A stretch of 64,000 bases of DNA from Ptychomitrium polyphyllum (GCA_973851085.1 OZ316776.1:7254001-7318000); one strand, 5' to 3'. Positions 38,901-53,182 are shown, counted from the first letter of the stretch. The notes: generated by a model not told the origin, from the sequence alone. Translations and numbers: made by a program.

Positions 38901-41900
38901 CCTTAGAGGTTGTTTTAGGAGATCAGGCATCTAAGATTGTCTTCAACATCATTCAATGCCAAACAAATCCAATTTTTTTGGGCCTTCCTTGGTTTGAATT
39001 ACATAATCCAGACATTGACTAGCGCTCACAAAGTGTGGTCTCAAGGAAAAGACGCCAAGGTACGAGAAATCTTGGACCATCATTTATTGGAGCTAAGGCA
39101 TTTATGAGAGCGGCGAAGAATGAACTAATCTATGCCATTTATGCCACGCCAATGTCTAGCTCTACAATAGAGACTAATCAAAATATACCTCGTCAATATC
39201 AAGATTATAAAGACGTTTTTGAAAAGAAGAATGCAAACATGTTACCAAAACACCGACCTTACGATTGTACCATTAAGTTGCAAGAAAGAGCCCAACCACT
39301 TTTTGGATCTATTTATAAGGTATCACAAAATGAATTGGCTGCCTTGAGAGAATATATTGATAAAAACCTTGGAAAGGGTTTCATTCAATACTCTAAATCA
39401 CCTGCTGGAGCACCCATTTTGTTTGTAAAGAAGAAAGATGGATCATTACGTATGTGCGTGGACTATCGAGGTCTCAATAAAGTAACAAAGAAGAATTGCT
39501 ATCCATTACCATTAATCTCAGGACTCCTACAACAACTTGGCCAAGCAAAAATATTCACCAAAATTGATTTTAGAGGAGCCTACAATCTTGTACGCATCAA
39601 AGAAGGAGACAAATGGAAAACAGCTTTTCGATCTAGGTATGGTCATTTTGAATACAATGTCATGCCTTCTGGCCTTACGAATGCCCCCGCGGTCTTCCAA
39701 CATATGATGAATGATATCTTCCATGAACATTTGGACAATTTTGTAGTCATGTACTTGGATGACATTTTGATATATTCAAAGGATGAACAAGACTATGAAT
39801 GTCATATACGACTGGTCTTTGAAAAACTACACCAGCAAGGATTATATGCTAAATTGGAAAAGTGCATTTTCCATGAATCCTTGGTTGAATTTTTAGGCTA
39901 CATCATTTCCAAAGGAGGAATCCATATGGATAGAAAAAAAAATAAGCACTGTCATGGAGTGGAGTACGCCAAGATCAAATCGAGATATTCAATGCTTCTT
40001 GGAATTTGCAAAATTCTACAAAATATTCATTAAAAATTATTCCAAGATTGCGGCACCATTAACACGTCTTACGGAGAAGCAAAATTTATTTGAGATGAAG
40101 AGGCAGAAAAAACATTTCAAAGTCTTAAGAAGCCATTCACGTCGGCTCCAGTTCTAATTCATCCAAATCCATCAAAGCCTTTTTATTTGGAAATGGATGC
40201 CTCAAATTTTGTGCTTGACTCAGTACTCTCACAATATGATGAAGACAGGAGACTTCATCCTCTTGCCTTTTGTTCAAGGAAGTTCTCAGCAACAAAGATC
40301 AACTATGATATATATGATATGAAACTACTTGCAATTGTGGATGTGATTGAAGAATGGCGACACTTATTAGAAGGAGCTCAATATACCATCACAATATACA
40401 CAGACTACAAGAACTTGGAGTATTTCATGAGTGCGTGTGTTTTGAATTGCCGTCAAGCAAGATGAAATATGTTGCTTTCCAAATTTGACTTTGTCATTAC
40501 CTATCAATTTTGTAGCTTGCAAGGTAAGCTAGATGCCTTATCTCAAAGATCTTATTTAGCTCCTCAACCTGGAAATGATGTTTTGAATCAACAAAGGACT
40601 ATTTTATTGAAGCCTAAGAATCTTCAATTGAAAGCAGCCATTATTACGACAACATCCCATTTTGACAAAATTCGGAAGGTTTTGAAGAATGACGTCTTTA
40701 TTTCAAATATAAAGAAGCGCCTCAAAGACAATGGAAATCCTTCAAAGAGCGACAAGGACTTTGAATTCCAAGAGGGCCTATTTTATTATAAAGGACTTTT
40801 GTACCTACCTCCAGGTCTTTTGCGATTGAAGATCCTTCAAGTACGTCATGATTTTCCAGCAGCAAGACATTTTAGATTCAATAAAACAATGGAGTTGATT
40901 GCTAAAAACTATTGGTGGCCACAAATGTGGAAGTACGTGAAAGACTTTATTCAATCATGTGACACTTGTGCAAGAGCCAAGGTACCAAGACACCAACCTC
41001 ATGGTCTCCTCCATCCGCTTTCAGTGCAAAAGGGCCCATGGTTGTCTTAATGAATGGATTTATCACGGACCTTTTATTGCATGCATTAAGACAGTAACGG
41101 AAGAAGAAATTGCCAAGTTGTTCCTAAATCACGTCTACCGCATATATGGACTATCAGATGATATTGCATCCGATTGAGGGCTGCAATTCATTTCCAACTT
41201 TTGGAAGACTCTTTTCTAGCTGTTGCATATAAAGATCAATCTTTCTTTAGCACACCATCCGGAGATTGATGGCCAAACCAAACGTATGAATCAAATTTTG
41301 AAGCAGTACCTTTATTGTAGCATAAATTACCAGCAAGACAACTAGATGGACTTCTTGCCTTTGGTAGAATTTGCTTACAACAATATGGTGCATTCTTCAA
41401 CAACTCAAAGTCTAATTTTTACAAACTATGGCCATCATCCTTGAACAGATCCATTTCAAGTGAAGCATGTTGGAAGTCCTGCAGCGGAGGATTTTGCAAC
41501 TCAACTTGCTAAAATCCATCAAGAAATTACCTTCCAGTTACAACAAGCTCAAGATCGTTACAAAACTTATGCAGATTGCCATCCAAAGGACCATCCAAAG
41601 TTCAAGGTTGGAGATAGCGTATGGCTCCTACGACAAAATATACAAACAAAAAGACCATCAAAGAAGTTGGACTATCAAAGGCAGGAACCGTTTGAAATCA
41701 ACAAACAGATAAATCCGATTAGTTATCGCCTAAGGCTACCACCAAGCATGCAAATTCATCCAGTATTCCACGTATCATTGTTGGAAACCTATAACAAATC
41801 ATGTATACCAGAGGGAATTGTTCCTCCGCCTCTTCCGTTGGAAATCAATAATGAAATTGAATATGAAATCGAAGAGATCTTAGATTCACGTATCAAAAAC

Positions 41901-43305
41901 GGACGTGTGGAGTACCTTATATTGTAGCAAGGATATGGCATCAGTGACCAAACATGGGAACCTTCAACAAATGTAACAAATGCATCCAAGAAGGTACGCG
42001 AATTTCATCAAAGATATCCTCAGAAACCAGGTCAATGATGATGTGTCATCAGCAGCCGTTAGCTTCACAGAGAAGTTTTTTCTTGATAGACAAGTATAGG
42101 AAGGGAGGAGAGATATCCAAACCTCCAATTGTATGTAGCATTATTTCCAAGATAGATCATTTCCAGATCCTAGCCAGTATGTCAAATCTTTGTGTTATCA
42201 TGGATATGCGTGAAGAGCAGTCGGCCATGCCTTCATCAACAACACCATGTGTTGAGCCAACTCAACTTTCTCAGTCCTCGGTAACGGAGGATCTAAGCTA
42301 AAATATGAGAAGGACATTCCAACGTTGAGTACGACCTTGGACATAAATATGGACTAGTCGCCCTTCACATTCCAGTCTTGATTTAGATGCTTGCGCTCTA
42401 GTCATCTTGTTAGAAATTGGAAGACTCATTGCTAGAGGATCCGAGATCATGTTTGAAGGATGTTTTGAAAGACTAAATGAAGATCAAATCTTGAGATGGG
42501 ACATTTCAACAACAGAAATCTTGGCTAGTAGTCATTGGCATTTTTTGCAAGGATCAGTTGAACCAATGAATAAAGAATAACAAGCAGAGCATGTTGCTTC
42601 ACTCCTTCGACAAATTTTAGAATTTGTAGAAATGTAACAAACAAGCCATGAAAAGAACTCTTCATGGGACTCGTCGTTAAATGGGAAGTGATGTCACGGA
42701 CATAGATCATGCAACATAGTCCTTAGAACATTCTAGAACCTTCTAGTATACTATAATAGCTTCTTAAAATACTCTTAAATGTCTCCATAGCCTTTCCATG
42801 ATCTTAGAATGCTTCCTAAGAAATTTTTTCCACCTTAAGAAACTTCCTAGGAAGATTCTATCATCTTAGATAACTTGTTAGAAAACTTCCTTTGAAGATT
42901 CCAACATCTTAGGAAACTTCCTTAGAAGGTTATACCTCTATAGGAAACTTCCTAAGAAGGTTCCGTTACCTTAGAAAACTTCCATGGAAGGTTCCAACTC
43001 CTTGGAAGTTTCTTAGAAAGGTTCTAACATTTTAGAAAACTTCTTGGAAAGGTTTCTTAGACTTTTAGAACATTCTTAAGCCTTGTAGGAAGCTTCTTCA
43101 GAAGTATAGTAGAAGATATAAACATTATAGTATAAATAGGAGGCAAGACAAGGTATTCCTTAGTGTTGCCAACACAAGTTGTGGATCATCTTGAATCCTG
43201 CCTTGTTCTAGTCTTTGTATCAAGTTCTTAGTAATCATTAGCTCTTTGGAAGCTAATTCGTGGGAAACACTTCATTTTTGCTTCTTGTTTCTTGTATCCC
43301 TAGCA
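35909..43305 (+). mobile_element. Element B: second Ty3/gypsy chromovirus family, pseudogenised, both LTRs truncated, gag interrupted by a solo LTR
   Basis: 35909-~36420 matches 42787-~43300 (LTR pair with ~30-bp CTTCCTAGGAAG-type subrepeats and TATAAATAGG). 3' LTR starts TGTCACGG at 42692 after a purine tract. Gag knuckle CLYCGKFGHKVRNC, protease LLDTGATAC, RT YLDD (39035-40033), RNase H, integrase and chromodomain EYEIEEILDSR...TWEP. Confidence 0.93.
36649..37791 (-). mobile_element. Solo LTR of the element-A family, inverted, with 5-bp TSD CCAAT
   Basis: Reverse complement of the element A LTR with TG...CA ends. CCAAT occurs at 36644-36648 and 37792-37796. Removing the insert restores a continuous gag reading (..QKTN|VGR..). 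Confidence 0.93.
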
Positions 43306-46300
43306 GTAGATGCCACACCCACTTGGTCAAGGGACAATGGATCCACTGGTTTTGAAATGGTGGTTGTACGTATATAAAACCATTAGGATTTCAACAAGGT
43401 TACTTGTTGTTGATTGTATATTGCCACTTTCTCTTTTGGCACAAGATATGATTGTCTTGACAAAACATCTGATAACCCTTGTTGTTTTCTGGATCAATAT
43501 GTGATGCAAAAATCAAATTGAAATAGAAATATATTCCAAAATGTTTGGCAACAATTCAGAACTTAGGCTGATATGAAATATTCCAAGTGCTTGTGATTTG
43601 TATATACAATAACTGGATCCATGGCACTGTCAAGCAAAGTGACGCCACTCTTAAAAACAATCCACAGTTGCAAGGAGTTCCTTGTCGTGGATCTTATAAT
43701 TAATTTCTGCAGCTGAAAAAAATTTCAAACGGAATGCAATCAGATGAAGTCTTTCTTTTTGCCCCATTTGTGACAAACTTGTTTCTAGTGAAAAGTCAGA
43801 AACATCCATCTTAAGATAAAATAGCTTCAAAAAGTCCGGATGGACCAAAATAGGAGCTATGGTAAAAGCTTGCTTTAAACTTTAGAATGCATCTTCAATA
43901 TCAAATTTCCACTCAAGTTTTTCCTTGTATGTTAGTCGCGTAAGTGGTGTAGCTATTTGAGGATAGTCTTTAATGAAGATCCTATATAAGTTTGCAAATC
44001 CAAGAAAGTATTAGATGTCACGTACCGATTTTGGCCTCGTCCAATCGTTGATTGCTTTGACCTTCTTTGGATCCATCAATAGTCCTTTGGTAAAGATGAC
44101 ATAACCAAGGAATTCTACTTAAGGTTTGTGGAATACACATTTCTCCAGCTTGGCATACAATCGTAGTTTTTGTAGAATTATGCGGATATATCGTTCATAT
44201 TCCTCTGGATTCTTTGAATAAATCAAGATATCATATGGATAGCATATGAAAAAATCATCAAAGCACTCTCAAAACATGTCATTCATCAAGTACTAAAAAA
44301 TGGCGGGTGCGTTGGTAAGTCCAAAAAGGCATGACGTTCTATTCAAAATGTCCATACCTTGTTAAAAAAGCCATCTTCCATTTGTCTCTTTCTTTGATGC
44401 GCACCAAATTGTAGGTTCTTTGCAGGTTTATTTTGGTAGAGATCTTTGCTTGGCCGAGTTGATTAAGAGGCCCAAATATAAGCGGCAATAGCTATTGGTT
44501 CTTCACCATTATTTTATTGAGGCTGCAGTAATTGACACACATTTGTAAGGATCTATCTTTCTTCTTTACAAATAATATCAAAGCACCAGCAAGAAACTTT
44601 GAATGTTGTATAAAGTTCTTGGCTAAGTTTTCATCAATATACTCCCTTAGTGATGAAAGCTTGTTTTGGAATAAATTATAGATAGGTCCAAATGGTGGTT
44701 GGGCGATGTCTTGGAGGTCTATGGTACAGTCATAAGAACAATATTCTGGTAGAATGTCTGCATTCTTTTTTTTTAATACATTGTTGAACTCCTTAAATTT
44801 TTCCTAGAATGGTTGAAGATAAAACCACAACTTTAGACGTTGGAATTACAGATATAACAAAAAAATACCAGTCTTTGCTACTCTCATAAATGCTCTAGTT
44901 CCAATGGAGAAAGGCTTTTTATATCTATAAGATGTTTCAGCTTCCTTCGTAGGCTTAGTAGTTACAAGTTCTTATAATGGAAATTCTATTTTGCAAAATG
45001 CCCAATCTATCTGAAGGTTGTACTTTTCAAGCCAAGAAAGTCCTAGAATGATGGAACTTGACAAAGACCTAATGACATTAAATATTACTTGACTACTATG
45101 GTTGTTCAATGTTACTGTTAATGGATTGGTCTCATAAATAACATCTCCAAAAAATAACGGTCGACCATCTATGACTTCTACATGGACAGATTTGGATTTT
45201 CTACTAAAATGAAACTTATGGGTTTTCATAAATTCTTTGTCAATAAAGCAAGCAGAGGCTCCTGAATCTATTAGAGCAAGGCTTTTGAGCTTTTGAACAC
45301 CTAAACAAATAGGTACAGTAAAATAAGAGGAAGGATGGGCTAATAAAACAGGACCTTTGTTTTCTTGCAAAGGAAGCAAATCCAGCCGTACAATCCCTAC
45401 CATGGCTGGACGTCCTTGTTCCCCTACAAAGCATTTGACATGGTGCTTATACCTCTCATCCAATATGTTTGTGGAGGTTTATCTGGGCAATTATCAACTT
45501 TGTGGCCAGATTTTTCTACAATACAAACACAACCCTTGTTCCCTTTGTCGCTACTTCTCACGTTCAATAAGGGGTTTGAAGTGAACCACATCAATTGACA
45601 TGGCTTTTGCTTCCAAAGACTTATTAGAGGTAGATGGGATTGCAGCTACTAAAAAGTTGGTATAAGGCCGAGGCGTAATCAAAGTCTATTTATCTTGTCG
45701 ACATTGGATTAGATGATTATTGTACTTCAAAGCTTGTCTGATGGCTTCATTAAGTGTTTGAGGGTCAGGCATGGATAGCAATAAATCTTTAACCTCGTTG
45801 CGTACGCCCAAATGAAATTGACTCATCAGCGCTTCTTCTCCTCAATTAAAATTGTAAGCAAGTTGTCAAAATTCCGATGCATAAATTGACATAAAACGTG
45901 GCCCTTGGCACAAGGCATAAATCTTAGTAGTTGCAAAACAAAGCTTGTCATTGTCACCAAATGCTTCTGCAAACGCGGTTAGGAACGCATCAAAGTTGCT
46001 AAGTACGGGAGACTTTTTCTCAAAACCTGGTGCAAAGTAGAACAATGCTTATCTTGAGAGCAACGTTTCTACCAAACCAATACACAAAGCATCTGTTGGA
46101 TACCGTCGAGGTTGAAATAAAGTAACAAATTGAACTTGGTTTACAAAGCGTCAAAATTTTCAACACTTACCATTAAACTTTTCTAGAAGGCTGATTCTTG
46201 GTTCTTTGGTTATTGGCATTGAATTCATAGCTTGAATTTTTCCGCCATCCACTAAATCAAGTCTAGACGATGAAACACCTAACTTGACTTAGGATATCAA

Positions 46301-47107
46301 CTGCGGTATTTTTGCTCTTTGACCATTATATATGATCAAATACAATTCTTCATTTTGCTTAGATAAAGTCTCGGTCTTAATCCTCAATGTTTCAAGGGCA
46401 TTGATTATGGAATTTGACTTTGTTTCTTTTGAATCAATCATATTGACTTCTTCACAACCTAGCATACAAATGAAGTAGAAATAGAGAAAAATTGCTATTT
46501 ACTCAAGAAACCAAAGAAAATCAAGATGAAATATCAGTCCAGAGGAAGATAATCCGCAACTCCTAGAGTACTATAATGCTCTCAATAAAGAAGGGTGATC
46601 CGCTCTCTATCAAAAAAGACCAAGCTCTGATATTATTGTATGACAGTTTCAATAAACTGTTATAGACAGAGTTACCACAAAACAAGGCTTCAAGATTCTA
46701 GGATGTGGAACAAAATAAGTCCAAGTATATTAAAAGTATAGAGCTACAACAAGGTACAAAAGACAAGGCCAAAAGGTCTAAAATAGACCACAAGAGATGC
46801 GTTGTCGAGATTGAAGAGCTCTTCAACCTCAACTCCTATATATACTAAAAATACAAGCCTTGGAAGTTTCTTGAGAAGCTTTACCTACATTGCTTTGTAC
46901 TTAAGCAACCTTGAGTTGCTACCTTGGAAGTTTCCTAGGCCGAGATAATTTCCTTGGAAGCTTTCTAAGCCGACACAACTTCTTTGGAAGCTTCCTAATC
47001 CAACAGTATCTTCCTTGGAAGCTTTTGAAGTCAAGGCAACTTTTTTGGAAGCTTCCTAAATCTTCTAAGAACCTTTCTAGATGCTTCTAATATGTATATC
47101 CGTGATA
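43300..47107 (-). mobile_element. Element C: 3'-truncated Ty3/gypsy element (LTR, gag, protease, RT, RNase H), heavily decayed
   Basis: Minus strand: LTR start T(A)TCACGG at 47107 with ~30-bp subrepeats; probable degenerate PBS TAATATCAGAGC at ~46624-46635; gag; protease ALIDSGASACF (44972-45463); RT; RNase H (MDVSDF, NYKIHDKELLA). Ends before integrase at the junction with the element B LTR. Confidence 0.88.
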
Positions 47108-49244
47108 ATGGAAGCATCTCTTATAAATTAGATAGTTCAATGTTTTTGAAAAGTATAGATTTGATGAATATTCTATTTTAGATATTTAAATCCAAATATT
47201 ATCTTAATATCATTTAAGTAGCACATTTGTATTTTTCTAATACAATCAATTTATTCATATGAAAAGGACATTAAAGGAGCCAAGATTGTTTTCCACCTTC
47301 AAACCACATTAAAATTTAATATTTTTATTTTTTGTCCTTACAAAAAAATCAACATTTTTAATTGAACATTTGCTTTGTATTAGAGAGTTGTATAGTAAGC
47401 ATCTTTGGTACCAACATAACATTATATGGTGATCCATTTGAACACCATTTTCCAAAGAATTATTTCAAGAGTATTATTTTAGTGTTTAGATTTTGTTCTA
47501 TTAAAGATTGAAAGAGTTTGTACATCAAATTATCAAACTACACTCATGCCTTCATCTATTCACTACCACTTACCACATGCCTTTATAGTCATTTATTATT
47601 GAGTTTAGAATAAAATTATCAAACATGTATATTCATCATGAAATCTTCTTTTCTTATTATTATGTCTAAAATTACTATAACATTTCAAACCGAAAAATAC
47701 TTAAATAATAACTTGATCCAAAACTCTAATATGTCCTACAAACTTCAAATCTTGATGATACCCTAAATTACCACCTACTTCCCGCCATACCATACCGTTG
47801 GGTGGTTCTGTTCTTAAAAATTGTTAAAAATAGTGACTTGGAAACTGATCTTACGGATTTACAAGTGGTATTGCAATGCAAGAGAAGTCTATGGTGCACT
47901 CATGGGAAGTTGGTGCTTTAAGAACTACATACCAAAGAACTCTGTCAAATGATAGCTTCCTACTTGATAAGTACAGTTCCAGAGCCAGGGGAAAAGCAAG
48001 CGTAGGTCCACAGTGCCACATGAAATTATAGAGGAGCAATGCAAGTGGATGGATAATGGACACTGTACAGGTAGAGCAGCCATTTAAGGGACATAATGAG
48101 GGGCCATAAATGTGATAACCTGTCCCAAAATTCTGGAGTCTGGAAGTATGAACTCACAAGAGCTGCATATGGAATTCCATGTGCAGTTCCTGCTTCAGAG
48201 TTCTGACGTGGTAAATGCTCGTAGTACAATGCCGAGAATATAACACTGCTGCCCCTGTACACAAGCCAATAAGTTTGTTCCAAAAACAACATGACACATC
48301 TCAGAGGCTGTTCAAACCTCTCCATGCAGATATTCCTAAATGAGGCTCACCAAGTTTGGGTTATGGTCTACATCTTAGGCTTTGAAACTTCTAGATACTG
48401 ACCATCCTCTTGCACTTACATGCTGTATGGACTTACAAATAAGTTGTATTTCATAGAGCCTTTGAAAAGACCAAGTTGTGTTTCATAACGCACTTGGTCA
48501 CTCTATTTTCAAAATGGGAAGATATTGTCTGAAACTTTTTACCATATGAGACCTTATCAGGGCTTTCATCTTTTGTGTAATCTTTTGTTAAAATATTAGA
48601 CTTTTTGCTTTTTTTCATATTTTAGATTTGTCTTAGTTTTTGTGCATATAGTCCAAAAACTAACACATTGAACCAAATGTTATTACCTACACTCATTGAA
48701 AACCCGACTCCATAAATCATTAAAATAAACAAATTAAGAATCAAATACATAAACTGGTGAAGTTATAGCATTTTTAAAACCTCTTATTAGTGACTCAAAT
48801 ACTATTATTGAATCATAAAGAAAGAATAATAGTTTTTTTTGTTTGAATCCTTAATATTTAAGCTCTTTTAATAGAACTTGTTAAATGGCCCACAAATTTT
48901 TTTGAATACTGAAAAGAAAATTCTTTAGTAAAACAACTAAAATCATGAAAAAATAATTAAAATTTAAAATTATATATTTATATATTTATATAGTTATAAT
49001 TATATATATAATTATTTATTTATATTTATATTTGTATATAACTAATAATTTTCTACTATTGTCTCTTTATAATATGATAAGTTTGGAAAACAAGGAAATT
49101 GTAGTATAATCAAAATGTTGCATTTTTTATTAAATGACGTTTAGAGCATTTGATGATGTATTACTCAGGTTTTAATAAATACAAAAATATATTACAATGG
49201 TTATGAAATATTGAAAATATTTTTTATATCTTTCAAAATTTGCA

Positions 49245-49543
49245 ATACTAAGCTTGTTATTAGCAATTTTCAGCCCTATACTTTGGAAGTTCTTATAAGG
49301 CTTTGAATTATAAATGAATGAAGTATTATGAATACTTTCAAGTATTCATCAAATAGATGAAATTCATCCATATTAAGTATTACGTACTTCTATTATATAA
49401 CAAATGGAGGCTCTTAATTGTTATATTACAATGTGTTATAAATTCTATAGGAGTTTTAAAATAGGTAAATTGGTCGCACAAAAATGGATTGTATAGTTGA
49501 AGCTGTTATATATTGAAGTGTTGTAATAGCAAGGTTAGGCTAT
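49245..49543. mobile_element. Possible degenerate MITE (pogo/Tigger-like termini)
   Basis: ATACTAAGCTTGTTATTAGCAA near 49245 is an imperfect inverted repeat of TTGTAATAGCAAGGTTAGGCTATA ending at 49543. AT-rich interior, no ORF. Confidence 0.3.
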
Positions 49544-50810
49544 ACATAATAAAAAACAAATAAATTATTTATTAAGCTTAAATTGATGATTGAGCATGCA
49601 AATTTCTTACATACTACTAAAAAATCTTGATTTTGCAAAATGTGGTTTAAACCCATATTTGTAACATTGAAACATTTTCACAAAATTGAAACTCTTATTT
49701 ATGTTTTGTTTATTTTGGGTTTTTTTTGAAATGTGGACATATGATAAAGATATGGCACAGCTTCATGAATATTTTTTGAAGTCCTACTATCAAATGTATG
49801 AGATGTATTTTCACATGTATGAGATGTAAGAGAACTTTTTTAATGCAACTGATTGGACGTATACATGCACGTCAAGTAAGAAAAATATTACTTGCACGCA
49901 TATGATGAAGGATTATACAAAACATATTAGAAACATAAATATATGATGAAGGAAGATAATACAAATCATATGTTTTCACACTTCCTAGGATTTTCACTAA
50001 ATCTAAAATTTATGGAGATATTTCCATTTTAAATCTTGGACACCATTGTCATTAGCAGATTATAAAGCTATACCATCCTTCAATATCCCAATCACAGATT
50101 GGCAAATATGTGACTGACGCTGAGAGCCTGGACCTATGCAGAATACATGCAGACAAACGCCCCAAACTACACTAATGATGTCTGTTCAGGATTTACAGCG
50201 CTAGTCATGACCGGAAAATAAGAAATCTCTAATATAAAAGGCATGGAGTTTCAACACTGAGCAGATTGTGAGGCAGATTATCAATACCAGCTCGAAGTTG
50301 CGGAAACAATTCAGGCCATGAGGTCCCCACGTGGTTTCAAGTGGCCTTCTAGTCTGTCCTCGATCTCCCCAATTGAACTAAGAAAGTCAACATTCACAAC
50401 ATCGAAGACGTCGCTTTCTTTAGCGATACAAATACTTCGTCAATGTTTGTCCTCACGTGCCACCCCTCTGCCTGAGACTGACAGGATTAAAAAGCCTTAC
50501 AAGTTTCAAGAAAGAACCTATTAACACAGGCCAACGCCCACTCGTCGTCTGTTCACTTACTCAAAGACTCAGCACTAAAAGCCCAAACCAAATCATTCAT
50601 GGAGTGCCCGTAAGTTATATACACTAGTTTTGAAAAACGACGAACAAAGGCAGGATGACCCAGGCTAGAGACGAACGTAATGGGGACGGAAGGGCTATCA
50701 CATCCATCACTTCACTGTAAAACACTCCCACTCTACAGGAATTCACCGGGTTCTAAAGAGTTTCCTGAAAGCTGCAGCAATTGAACTGTTCGGAGCTCCT
50801 TCTACATAAT

Positions 50811-52311
50811 TCAGCCGACATGGGTGTAGACAGCAGCCACCCTTTCAATCTTGGCATGAAGATGACCTAAGTTTGCCTCTACCGGAGGCTCTCCAGTGCC
50901 ACTTGCTCTGCACGAACATACAAATCAAATGAGAATGGAAAGGTAAGTAATGCATAGACTAAGACATATATAAAGACACTATTGCACGGTGAAGCCAAAA
51001 CGAGAATATGACAATTTCGACACCATTCGAGAAATTGATAATGTCCAGTAGTGATTGTGCACAAAAGCGTTTGGATATATGCAGATCTGCAACCGGTGGA
51101 AAAGCTAGCAAAAGAAATACAAGCACACACATATATTCCGAAAACATCAGAAAGTATGTGGCCAATAAGGCAGAATTCAAGTACAATGACATGGGAATAA
51201 AGAGCGAAGGATATGCTCAGATACCCGTGAAGCTCGGGAAGTTCGTACTGGGCATTCCAATCCACGTTGATATCAAACCCAGGAAATATTGGCAGCTTGG
51301 TCTTCTGGCGAACTTCAGGTGATCCAGGTAAGCCAAAAGCTGATGTTACCTCCCACTTCCAGCCAGTAGAATTCCTGATAAAATCATGCCCAATACCAAA
51401 CTGCTTACACGAATTAAGAACTTGTCAAGGATAAATTTTTTCAATTCATGAATTGGATCTTATGGATTTGACAGGCTAAAACGTATAACAGTTGATATTG
51501 GCCATTACAAGCACGTGACGCTAAATGAACCACAGAAGCTGCAGAAATTTCAAGCGTTGTAATTGCCCAAACGAACAAAGTTGAAAGCTTCATGAAATTT
51601 TCAGTCTAACCAGGAACACTGACAAGAGAAATACCTGGAAATGTAACAACGAACCAATGGGAATCTTCTTAGTAAGTATCCGCAAGTCTCTCTGCTTTGG
51701 CTCACATACTACTTTCCAATAACCGTTCTCAGAGGAAGGTTTAATGACAAGCGTGGTGTGACAATCGTTGGCGTTACATTTTTGAAGCTGCAAACCATCG
51801 ACCTGCACACCATCAAACTGACGACAACCATTACCCTTCAGTGATAGCGATGTGACACAAAACGATATCCGGTTGTATGAGGCAATATGAACACAACATA
51901 AATAGCAACAAAGAATATAGTGCTTGACTTGGCCATTCACGCTCAATTTCTGCCTTCAGCTCTTTGTTTCTCAACCATTTGCATATAGACAAGGGCGAAG
52001 GGCACATAAAAAATGACCGAGAATGGTAAGCTGCGGTACCGTCGAAGCAATTGTAAGGTTATACAAAATAGAGTTTGGCTATTCACCTCAAAATTTGCAC
52101 CCAGTTGGATTCCCTGCACCCGCTGTCGAAACTTGACAATGAAGGTCTTGGGCATGAAATCAAATGTGTAAAACTCTCGAAACTTGTGATGCACATCGCT
52201 GAAGCCCGCTCGGAAGCCACGACTGTCACTCCTAATTGGAGATGCGCTTCTTTGAGCAGGAGAAGAGGAGGAAGCATGCCCCGCTCCTCGTGCGTGCCCT
52301 CCGTTCTCCAT
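50811..52311 (-). CDS. Uncharacterised conserved plant protein, beta-strand rich, 4 exons, ~221-226 aa
   Basis: Exons 52311-52087, 51802 (or 51817)-51635, 51400-51225 and 50907-50811 join in frame: ...KTFIVKFRQRVQGIQLGANFE...WKVVCEPKQRDLRILTKKIPIGSLLHFQFGIGHDF...GWKWEVTS...GFDINVDWNAQYELPELHGASGTGEP...LHAKIERVAAVYTHVG*. Confidence 0.85.
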
Positions 52312-53139
52312 GTCTCGATTATCCTCTCACGCCGTCACGCAAGCCACAACTCCAATCCCACCCTAGTTCTGTAACAAAACCCCAGTCGCATCTCCCCAGA
52401 AACTCCTCAACACTATAACGCACTACACAGTAAACCTCGCATACCACAAGGTGACAAGAGGCATCCAGATGATGATTTTGATCGCAAAGAAGAGAACCTC
52501 AAAAAGCTTTTCAAAGCATAGAGTACAAAAATTGTGCGCATCGCAAATGATAATAGTTTCCACAAGACTGAATCGTCACACAAACCCATTAAATCACATA
52601 AAACCCCACTGCTCCAACGACTCGTCACTGCTCGGAATTCAGAGCCAGAAACACACCAGCACATCATCGTCCCGGGGGCCCACGCCGTCGTCTGTGAACG
52701 GTCAGATCGTCGTTCCTCCTTCGCGAGTCTTCGGCGGCTTACCGACCTCAGTTATGTCTGCCTTCGCCGGGTATGAGAACAACCTCCGGGTATGAGAATA
52801 GATCGAGAGTTTCATGCGACCAGTTTCGATTGCTAGCTGCGACGCTTCTGCGATGTGTGTTAGACACAAATCTGCTGCAGCGGCATTGGAGATTTGAATG
52901 AGTGGCATGGTGACGCTAGGAGAGTTGATAAGTGACAATGTGTTGTGTTACAGCAAACTCGACATTCTGGAATTACAGGTCGCTTTTCAGAATGGACTTG
53001 ACGACTTGACCCTTCGTGCAGTGCTTTCTTCAACGTGCTAGCTTTGAGATACGCCTGTATTAGCTTTCATTTTGAGGAATGAGACGATGGTGTCTGCAAA
53101 CTGCGCAAAATGCATTGGGCGTGGAACGAAAGCCTCTAA

Positions 53140-53168
53140 TTAGGGTTTGTTAAAGGATTAGGGTTTTA
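53140..53168 (-). promoter_or_regulatory. Two telo-box-like motifs (AAACCCTAA) just upstream of the rPPR10-like ATG
   Basis: TTAGGGTTT at ~53140 and ~53158. Telo-boxes are typical of plant translation-machinery genes. Confidence 0.5.
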
Positions 53169-53182
53169 GGAGAGAAGGAAAG

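Noticed and set aside
48026..48325. 99-aa minus-strand ORF
   Set aside because: No recognisable homology or exon partners.
51008..51322. 104-aa plus-strand ORF as a nested gene
   Set aside because: It is antisense to exon 3 and intron 3 of the minus-strand gene, has no motifs, and is probably incidental.
53140..53168. TTAGGG motifs as interstitial telomere
   Set aside because: Only two isolated copies immediately upstream of a gene; better explained as telo-boxes.
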